A model generated the notes under the pieces. That model was given only the letters and a program-made list of their open reading frames with translations. It made no database searches and was not told the origin of the DNA. A stretch of DNA of 64,000 nucleotides from assembly GCA_036172245.1 (NCBI GenBank), contig JAYWIR010000022.1:2666001-2730000 (forward strand), in the 5' to 3' direction. Both the position numbers and the translations under genes were made by a program. This DNA comes from Raillietiella orientalis. Its lineage: Eukaryota. Shown here piece by piece: positions 54,012 through 64,000 of this stretch (its first letter is position 1; each line of letters starts with the position of its first letter).

Positions 54012-56716
54012 AGTAATTACTTTTGATAAAATTAATACAGAGAAGAAAAGGAGTCTGATGGTTATTTAATTCTTCATTTGAAGAATGCCCATTTTCAATA
54101 TTGATTATTATTATTGAAAAAATGCTTTCCTTTACATCCAAATTGGTTTTCTTCAGTGTGAAAGACATCACTCACAACTATTTAAATGTTTAAGAGAAAA
54201 TAAGTGGTCTTTACAACTGCATTATAGCTTTCGTGATATTTCTGCTAATAGTAGGTATATTCGTATTAACGTAGTATTATCACAGAACTTGTCACTTTTC
54301 AAACCAACTTTTGTTACCATGAATGTAGATTGACTTTTGTTTTTAACTACTCCGAACAAATGTTTGAGGTAGTTGAAAATGTGTAAAGTAGTTTACTGGA
54401 ATCATGAGAACCACTATTTTCAGGTAAAGTGAGGTCTTTTAGTCCTTGAATTTATGTATGCATATTTGAGTTTTATTTTTAGATTTTGATGACTGTTCGT
54501 ACAAAGTGGTATAACATGAACATTTTGTAAAATTCAAAAATAAGTACATGAATAACAATAATCAGAAATTACACTGGAAGTATTTTAACATCTCAAATAA
54601 TTATAAATTGCTAAGTGCTTGACAGGCAAAAGTTTCTACTAATTTTTCAAAATTGCTTCAGTTCCAAGATTCAGAAATCTTTACCATGAAATTAACAATA
54701 TTGTATTGGATGTGTTCATAGAATTCATAGAATGGTAAAGATGCTACTGGTGTTATGTTAAGCTATGTTAACATTTATATGAAAATGCAACATTTCAGTA
54801 GCATAAACTGCATTTTTAATTAAAAACAATTTTCTATACGCTTGCGTAATTTCTTTTAAAAGAAATTCCAAATTTTTATTCAAGCAAATTAAAGGTTCTT
54901 GAAGTGTCAAATGCCTTTATGATTGTCATAAGTGTATTTGACATTGCCTCTGGCAGCTTACTGGATCCTTATGTACTGATTGTCACAAAACTTTCATCTA
55001 TGCTTTTATTCTTTGAGTTATTTGCTGCTCTTTCGTTCCTAATTGGGATTCATTGGAGAGCTTGCTAAATCACCACAACATTTTTTCATGGAACTGGGGT
55101 AGTTTCAGAGCTGTATTGTTTATGGAGCATTCCCTTAAAATCGGCATTGAAATTTCTTATACAAACCAAGAAGTCAAAAGACTTTATTCACTACACAATT
55201 CTAGACTGTTTTAGCAGTTGTCAAAGGCTCTTAATTAAAATTCATGTTTTGAAAAGCTCACTGACAGGCATAATTCAAATGCAAAAACAATGATCAAAAA
55301 TAACAGGTGACACTCTCAGCAACAAACTCTGCCACAAACCTTCCTCAAAATACTTGGTTATGTTTTACTGCAACTTGGAAATTAGTTACAAAATTCTCAA
55401 TGTGTTGACCTTTGTAGTCTCAAAAAAGGAATGTGATTACTGCTGAATTTGAATCCATTTCACTTTTTAAAAAATTTGTCTCAGTCCATTACTCTTCATG
55501 GTTATTTATAGTCTAATCATTCTCTTCTAGCTGCTTTATATCTTTTCCCAATCTTCAAAACCAAAATCTTGACACCTAAACTCTTTGAAATAAGTCAGGT
55601 TTTAATGATTACAGGAGTGTAGTTTTTCTGTTTTCTGTACCTAAAACAATCTCTTTGGTTTGCATTTCGTTACAGGAAGCTTCTTACCATTCTAAGGAAG
55701 AAATGAATTTTTCAAGTGCTTGTGCTTTTTTCTGCAGGAAACAGATTTCTGCTCACAATTTGGTTGTTACATTTCAATCCCAACTACGTATGAACAATTG
55801 TTAGCTTTCTCCTACCTTGCCATCAACTCTTAGTTACTACAACATTTTAAGATGGATTAGAAAAATTGCAGTTCATAAATCACTCACCACAGTCAAAAAC
55901 TTCAGACAATCTGAATTCATGTGGATAAGTGCAGGCAAAATCAGTTGCCATCAGATGTAATCTGAACAGTATGAGTCAATTCACTGCAATTACGAAAAAG
56001 TTATAAAAACAAAGTTTGAAAAAACTATGTAACTCTGATGATGGGCAGCAATGCAGCTTAAACACCGAAAACCTTAAATGTATACCTGCTTGAATTTCAA
56101 ACACTGGCATTTCTTGAGGCTCTACAGAGAATCCCAACCTGATTGCTGCAGTTGTGAACTAGAATGTTGATTCTTTTTTATTTCACTTTCTTTCCAACTC
56201 TGCATTTAATTCTCACTTCTTGTGCTGTAACCATCTCAATCTATCATTAGAAGTTAAACTTAAATATTAAAAGCAATATGCTTAACAAATACATAAATTG
56301 ATCAAAAAGCAGATTCACAATAGAGACATTATTTATGTGAAGGCAAACCATGATGCCTAATGAAACAAACTAGACTACGACTATGAACAGTCAGGAAAAC
56401 AATTTACTTGTAATACAACAAAAGAATGCTAGCTTTATTCCTCAAAGATGAAGAAAACTTTAATCTGAATGTCAGAATTTCAGAAGAAATTTTTCTTGAT
56501 GTCTAGATCGATAGTTGACAGATAGTTATTTTGCTTGCAAAAAATTGGCTTTGCAACAAGTATGGTTGCATGTATTTATTTTCCACAGTTTATGAGATAT
56601 GACACTGGCCAACACAATCACAAACAACTGAGTGCACAAGCTGGAATAAAACTGCAAACTTGGTATGCTGCTTCGTGAAGTGTGCCAAAGCAGAAATGAA
56701 TCTATTCATGATGACA

Positions 56717-58073
56717 TCAGTATGCGGGTGAGACTGGCATATTTACAAAGTGCCCACCTTGGGCTACTTCATTTCGTTTCCAGGCAAGAAACTTGGTATA
56801 TGCATCAAATGCATAGATGATCATTGCACAGAAGCCAAAAAACTATCACAAAAAACAATGGGGAGCAAATAAAAGTAATTACTTACTGCAGCTGCAGCAA
56901 ATGCTTCAGTACTTTTTCCCAAAGCAGCACAAGCTGCAGCAGCAGTCATATAGAAAAAAGACCAAAGGGCACAATAACAAAACTCCTATAGGAGACTTAT
57001 TTATTCCAACAATCCTTGAATCAAGTGCATCTATAACTGAACTAATCATCATATGCACTTACAATGGGTAACCAAGGTATACCAGGGAACTTCTCAATAA
57101 TATGGAAAAGATAAAAAACCAGCAACACCATAGTGGTCCAAAATCCACCCATGGCAACAAAATTGTACCAGTTGGCTCTAGATGTATAATGTGCTTCTGA
57201 TACTATTATACAAAGAAATCCGATAATGCTCAAGACCTTAAAAAAGATCCCAATTAAAACTCAGTGTTAAATATATGAATATGATAAAATTTCACAACAT
57301 GAATTTTACTGATCTCATGCTGAAAACCTGTGACAATAGCATAAGAAACAAAAGTTAAAGAACTGAGAAAGTAAAAATCAAACACCAAATAAAGCCTGAA
57401 GTTAATAAGTAAAATACCAGAAGATCTCATGCAATTTGGTTATTCTAGTTTAAAATATAATCAATGTGTTTGACTCCGATGTTATCTCTACAGGTTTTTT
57501 TAAAAATAAAAAGGCATCAAAGAAAAAGACAAACACCATAACAACGACTAATCAAATAACTACAAAAAAAAGAATTTATGCACAATTAAATTTAATTTAA
57601 TTGTGCACAAATGGAAAGAGTTGATGAAAAAACAGCTATGTACAAGAAACATCGATCATGCACTTAGCAATACAGGCACTGATTAAACATAAAGCATTTC
57701 AGTAAACGTATCAGAAAGGCACATTTTTTATTCTCTAAAATATCCATGCATCATTCAATTTGATAAAATTCTAAACCATAATAAGTTGTTAGTAACTTAT
57801 TACAACACTTTTCTAATATGATTAACTGTAAAAAGCATTTTTATGATGCGAAGGGTTCTTTTCATTTTTTCATGAAATAAACCTTTCCTTAATGAGCAAA
57901 CAATAACTCACAACTTTAGGATATACAATTAACATAAAAATATGTCATAAACTCCCTACCATCACGGTTAATTTCAATATGCCAGGCACAGTTCTAAGGT
58001 ATGAAAAATCAAGTCTAATGGCTACAGCATCTTTGGGGACAGCAGTTGATTCACGGAAATTCTGGTCTGCCAT
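56717..58073 (-). CDS. MARVEL-domain four-pass membrane protein (CKLF-like/CMTM/plasmolipin family), exons 58073-57960, 57236-57063, 56985-56887, 56842-56717 (170 aa)
   Basis: All phase-0 GT-AG junctions. Protein MADQNFRE...IRLDFSYLRTVPGILKLTVMVLSIIGFLCI...WYNFVAMGGFWTTMVLLVFYLFHIIEK..IPW...EFCYCALWSFFYMTAA...AAAFFGFCAMIIYAFDAY; YLRTxPGILK and AAAFFGF are typical of MARVEL proteins. Confidence 0.9.
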
Positions 58074-59171
58074 TATGTTGAGGATCCCCTTACTCTAATA
58101 CCTAAATTTTCGAACACAAACAAACAAATTAACATGCTGATCTGTTTCTCCTAAATCGCAATCGAGTCAACTACATTAACATTAAAACTACATTAAAAGC
58201 CCCTACAATTTAAAGACGTACATACATTCCGGCAGCCATATTAAGAAACTATCTCTTCATAATAAAAACACAACAAACGCAATGCGTTTGCAAACTTTCG
58301 AATTGGCTTTGAAAAATCGCGGCATGATTAAATGCTCAGCTGTGAGAACTCCTACTGCTTCTAATGTGTAAATTGCTTCAAGTTACGATGCACACACAAG
58401 TACAAGGAAGACCATTTACAAAGGCGTAAAATCTGATGATACCCTCATATTTGAAGGGAAACACTTACATTCTGCAATGGAACACGAGCTATGAACACAA
58501 ACCTGCAAATGAGACCAAGAAATCTGGCCGCAACCGCACGAATACATGCTGTAGGGCGAGGCAATTCTTTAGACCGTAGGAGTAAACATGGCGTGCGGCA
58601 TACTTCACCGTAGTATATCACGCTAAAGCACAATGGTAACAGCGAAAGGGTTGCAAAGCACAGAATTGATGTCGAAATACACTAACAAAGAGCAGGTATT
58701 ACTCACGTTAATCCAAGGAATGACAACTTGGAAATTTCAGAACCTTCAAGGAAATTTTCGTGTCTTTGTACACACACCTTCGGTTTGTCTCAAAGTACTT
58801 GGACATAATTAAATATTCGTACGACGACGACTGCAGCAAGCAAAGACATGATACCACGTCAAGTTATGTAGGAATTCTCAAAGAATAACTTATGTAGTGG
58901 AAGGCAAGGAAATGAAAGAAATCGGAAAACAAATCTGGGATCCGATAATGGGTTTGACATTTATAAAGCACCTATTAAAGCTCTGCTTCTCTTGACTATA
59001 AAACGAGCAGTGGATATGACAGTGTACTACAATTTGCATAGCGAACATCACAGAAAAGAACGCGGAGTCATTGCAAACAAGAATTTAAAATGCAAACAAT
59101 TGTTTTCTAACTTGCCTATATCGTATACATATAAAAAAGTGAGCATCATTATGCCACCTAAACAAACCAGA

Positions 59172-60200
59172 TTTCCCCAGTCCGACTCGCGGCGAGATGA
59201 ATTTGTTTTCGACTTTCATTTATACAAGAGTTGGTCAATGTCACTGTTTTTTACTTTCAGGGTTAGTCTTCGGGCATCAAGCCACTGAATGCGTGTGGGG
59301 ATTTCACTCACTTGTCAATGTTCCTGAATCCTTCGCAGGATACAACAGCGAGTCCAATCCCAATTTCCCTTTTCACTAATCCTTTGAGGATTTCCACAGC
59401 TGGCATACTGTTTATTCTGGTCCGCATTTTTGCCTTTCTCATCACGATGCTCATGATGAAGAGGGCGATGGTAGTGCGGACCATTGGGTTGTACCGGGGA
59501 ACATTGCCGTTCCCTTCAAACATACCTGCCAGCACGTCAATCTTGTTCATCCTCTGCAGGTCTGTCACCTGCTTCAGGTTGGCCCAGTCGCGGCGCAGCG
59601 TCGGGCAGGAGTGCAGTAGTGGAGTTGGGTTTCCCTGGATCCACAGGCCTTGCACATCTCGTCTTGGGCGTTGCCTGACCAGTGCCTCGTCCTCGTGGCG
59701 CTCAGAATGCCTCCGTGATAAAACATCAGGAGCTCATCCTGAGTGTCGGATGGTAAGTAGCTCGTCCAGACCGGGCTTCCAACCGCCAGCAGGTTCATCT
59801 GGCGGCATCCGTAGCTGCTGACGGCCACAGAGCGTCGTCCTCGTCGGGATTCTTCGTCATAGCTTGGTACAAATTTGCTCTGGTGATCAGGCGCCAACAG
59901 TTGGATTCCTGATTTGTCCAGAGCTCTCGACACTTGTGGGTAAGTCTTCTCACTATCTTCCAGGTGAGGCGGAACAGTCGCATTTTTTGAAGGTCGCCAC
60001 TGGTTGCGAACTGCTCGCAGTCCTTTATCGTCATCCTTGGTCTTTCGGATATCTACTTTCTGGTGTCCCAAGGGACGCTCAGGAAGCACGGAATGATCTT
60101 GGCCAGCTCCACTCTCTAAATTTCCTTAATTCTAGGCACTATTTTGAGATGGTGGGTGTTCAGCAGTGCCTGTTTACGTTTCCAAGTGGGATCGATGTTT
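59172..60200 (-). mobile_element. Family A 3' fragment with the best preserved zinc finger
   Basis: VWTSYLPSDTQDELLMFYHGGILSATRTRHWSGNAQDEMCKACGSRETQLH..SCPTLRRDW...MFEGNGNVPRYNPMVRTTIALF; terminal hairpin at 59202-59172. Confidence 0.88.
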
Positions 60201-61169
60201 CCCTACGGTCCTTGTTTGCCATTTAAACAAACCATTGTGACTGCCGAGTAAAAAATAACCATGCTGTTACAGTGCATCATACGCCTTTAAGAACAGATAA
60301 TGAGTAGGAATAAGCACCAAAAAGATATTGAAGCAAATATTTATAGAGGACGGTTCTACTTTTAACTATACTAATTCTCTGTTAATCTTAAAAACCAATC
60401 ATACATCATTAAAATTGTAGACGTACAACAAAAATGACAGCATATAAGTAGTTCACACACACAAGTAATTTGGCGGTAGGGATATTTGCAAGACTTGCGC
60501 AGGTCTCACATGGTTTTGGTCATCAATGGGATCAAGAAGTATCTGATATTTTTGTTTACTCAAAACTGCAGTTTACAGTATCATAAAAAAACATCTTTTC
60601 GATTCTTCTCAAAATTTCTTTTCAAATCATATTTATGAAGTTTTATTCGAAGAAACAAGGTTAAAAAGATCTAGGATAGTCACAAAAGCAAAATTGATTA
60701 ATGAAATCACTAAAGCATAATTGTCTTTACAAAACATCCATAAAAAGATAAACCGTTCAGATATGAGCTGAAAGGACACGGGATTTCAAGATGCAATGTA
60801 TTTAATGCAAGATACCACTTAAAAACGTAACAATAGATTTCTTTTATTAATTCACTAAAAATGCATTAAAATACAGCGTCTCTGAATTCACGTGTGAACT
60901 GAAATGTACAACTTTTTTTTACTAGCTTAGTGTGTGCATCATTGCACTAATATAGGAGTGATATTTTGCGATAAAAACACAAATATTCTCAAAGACCAAT
61001 TCATGTGCTTGATTCATCGGAGCAGAGGAACACTTTCCGCCTCGCAGTGGTTGTTTTCCATATTTATGGGCTCATGGCAGCAAGAGGAATCCAATTTATT
61101 GTTAAATGTTGGTTATGAGTTCCTTCCCTAAGCTCTCTTTTTATATCGCAACTCCAGTTGCTCAGGCAG

Positions 61170-62330
61170 AGAATTAGAGCATTACATTAAGCTGTTTCAA
61201 GAGCGATTGTCTCCTTCGGCCACAACTGCTTCTGAAAGCTCGAAGCAAAGGAGACTTCTGCACTGTTGCACAACGGCATATGGACGTTCGAGGTCGCTGC
61301 CCCAGCCACACTATCCCAGACTGAGAGTAAGGAGTCCGAAAGTTTTCCACCGGCTCCTCTCGTACACGTGCGGGCGTGTCCTGCAGATCTCCAGCGTTGA
61401 GCATGCAGAAGAGGAAAAACCTCGGAATCTTAAGCGAAAGCACCCGAGATTTTCTCCCTTCGCTGTCGAGATGACCCGGATGCCGACTCAGCACGCATCC
61501 CACGCTTCGGAGACGTTCCGTTCCCTCTCGCCCTTCTTGCAATGGGAAGCGACCCCGAAGAACCGTCACCTGCCGAAAGGAGACTTCCGCTGCGACGGAC
61601 GTCATCCGGACTGAGTCGCCTGCTTTCCACGCAGCATCTCCACCGCCGCCCACTTTCCCGTTCCCCTTGGAGTCGGAAGGATGCTGGAGAGCGCTTCGTT
61701 CTTCCCGACCCTGTCTCTTGTCTCCGAGTCCGCCACGGTGGCTGCTCCTCGGGCGGCGTTCGCGGCGGCAACTCGGACGGCACGAAGACGTGCGGGGGGG
61801 ATGCCGCCCTCACCTCGAGGCAGCCTCGAGTTCGCGGTGCAGCTCCACCCGCGCCTTTCTTCCCTCCGATGAGATCGGGCGGCGACGCGTCCGTCGCATG
61901 CGTGTGCGCACCGTGCAGCGAGTCCATCGCCAAACGCGGTCATGGCGGCGGGGGCAGTCGCAAGAACGGGCAGCCGGCGTCGCCTCTTAGCCGGAAGCGG
62001 GGACGTCTGCTCTCTCCGACTGTCGCGTGGTTTTTCCTCGTCGTCCCTTTCGCTGCCCGTTCGGGCGCTTTGGGACGGGCGCGTCTCGGCACCGGCCTAT
62101 GGAGCTTCTCGGGGGCGACACGTTGGCAGCGAGACTGACAGGTGGCCATCGAGGAGGGGACAGGGTGTGTACGCGTGCGTGTCTTCCTTTCGCCCACGGT
62201 TCGCCTCGTCGGAAGGCGCAAACTGACTCTTGGTGATGGTCGTATCGGTAGGCGATCGCTGCAAGTTGAGGCGTAGAGACTTTTCCGCCCTCGGATGCTT
62301 CTTCTTTCTGCTCGATTCTTCTCAAGAGCA
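61170..62330 (-). mobile_element. GC-rich retroelement ORF1/5' remnant
   Basis: VWLGQRPRTSICRC resembles the Tx1 ORF1 YxGQPRTC; abrupt rise in GC at 61170. Confidence 0.3.
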
Positions 62331-63434
62331 CGAATCTCACGATGGTCTGGTGGGAACGCTTCCAGACTATCCCTGGATCTTCCAAAGACTATGCTTTCCA
62401 TGAAGAACAATAGAAGTATAGCCGAAATGTGCGTCGATTACAGGGATGATGGTGCGCATCTTGCAAAAGAGCTGAAAATTGCTTTGGAGTATGGAGAAAT
62501 AGGAGCCGTATTGTATAGGGGAGAATATGGTTAATAAAGTTTCGGTACAAAGTTCACTAAAAATCTTGAGGATCAAAGGTCATGCAACAAATTTAAGGGC
62601 ATCACTGAAGGAAAAAATATTTAAGGAATGACATCAGATTACATTGGATTTCTAATTCGGAGAAACAGCAAATAAGCATGGGGTAGGGGGGCAAAGTCAC
62701 TGAAGACTTTAAAGATGCCTTGATACCACACAGTAGTCGAACTGGAGAAAGCGACATCATCTCTAAAAAGCCAGAAGTTCCAAGTGAATTGCTGCATGTT
62801 TCTCGAGGGGACACAAACAGAACCTGCTTTATTCAGTTCCTGGCTCTTGGGACCAAAGGCGACCAATGATGAAAGTTTTCTGCTCGCTTAATTAGAGGAA
62901 GCCACTAGATAACCAAAGCTGGTCCATTGGATTTTACAGGACGGGACCTGGACCCTATGGCTAGATAATCGTCACCAAGTGGTTATCCACACGCACGCCG
63001 GATCCATGTTGCGTTTTCTTCCGCAATCAAGCGCTCCAGGGCTGCAGAAAGCCTCGAATTCGTGGCATGCACGCCGTACACATTTTCGTACATGCGCGTT
63101 CAAATGTTCACTGAAATGTACCCTCCGAGCGATCCGCACAGAATGCTTCTCCGAGTCTGCACCTTGGCGAGAACGCACCATCCAATGCTTTCGGATGAAG
63201 CCTTCCGTATAACCAACTGATGACTTTTCAGAAATCGCCTCTTTGTGACGTCGGTCGAGCAGAGGAACTCTTTCTGCCTCACAGTACGTCTGTTCGTTAT
63301 GTTTGCGGACTACGGCAGCATAGGGAAGGACCCTTCGATCACCAGATTCGAGCTACTGAGTGTTCCGCTGGAACACCTAAAGTGGCCCCGGTGCTCTGGA
63401 CACCCCTACGCTCCCCCTGAAGTGGCAGGAGTCG

Positions 63435-64000
63435 GCGCTGTTATCACACTCGGGTGCGCCGGGGCGTTTATTTTTCTTAAAAAGAAAACAAACATGTGTA
63501 GGACCATTGCCCCTACAACGTCCGACAAAAACTCTGAACTTGCCGAGTAGCTGCCAGCGCGCAGGCCGGCGAGTTCGACTCAGCAGCGGAGGGGGAAGGG
63601 ACAAATAAGAAAAAAAAAAAAGAAAACACTATTTACAGAAGCAGGGGGGGTCGGGGAAGGGATCACGTTCCGCTGGGGTCGTCCTCTACATCCTTTCCAG
63701 GCAATTTCAGTCCGCATACGTCCCAGATGGGACCATCTGGGTGCCGTCCTCAGGAAGCTCGGGGCGGAGCAGATGGCGTCCCTATCGTTCTGTCCACCAG
63801 TTGTCGGCGCTGTTGGTGCTGCACGGGGGTCTCCCATGCAAGCCCGCCTTCATAACAGGGCGAGGATGTGTGTGGATCCCAACAGTGTCAGGCGTGGGGA
63901 GCGTGAATCCCTCTCCCACCTGTTAATGGATTGTGTTGCCCTCCGGACCCTCAGGAAACGCTTTACCGCGGCACTGGGAACCCCCAAAGGCAGCTCCAGG
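63435..64000 (-). mobile_element. Family B 3' fragment, cut by the window edge
   Basis: FLRTAPRWSHLGRMRTE..WKGCRGRPQR matches the other family B ends; 3' UTR is colinear with 13881-14030. Confidence 0.8.

Noticed and set aside
57579..57607. 13-bp AT-rich inverted repeat in a MARVEL intron
   Set aside because: Low complexity and plausible by chance.

Overview
Eukaryotic (metazoan, probably arthropod; species not identifiable from sequence) genomic DNA in three blocks. (1) 1-~38100: GC-rich stretch of heavily decayed L1/Tx1-type non-LTR retrotransposons (AP-endonuclease, RT, C-terminal CCHC/zf-RVT and ORF1 zinc-knuckle remnants from at least two families), 2-3 decayed NACHT (NLR-like) genes, a MITE-like inverted repeat, a tRNA-like remnant and one intact-looking exon rich in phosphotyrosine docking motifs. 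(2) ~38100-61170: AT-rich island of compact host genes with very short introns (mostly 37-51 nt): PPP4R2 (-), NFS1 (+), RPS9 (+) and a MARVEL/CMTM-like gene (-). (3) 61170-64000: GC-rich retroelement remnants again. The most notable signals are conserved RNA structures at retroelement 3' ends: a 3'-UTR pseudoknot with compensatory changes between copies, an AATAAA + CCCGG-N5-CCGGG terminal hairpin shared by six otherwise different element ends, and a second family-specific terminal hairpin. None of these ends carries a long poly(A) tail. All retroelement and NACHT calls come from by-eye motif reading across frameshifts, and their boundaries are approximate.
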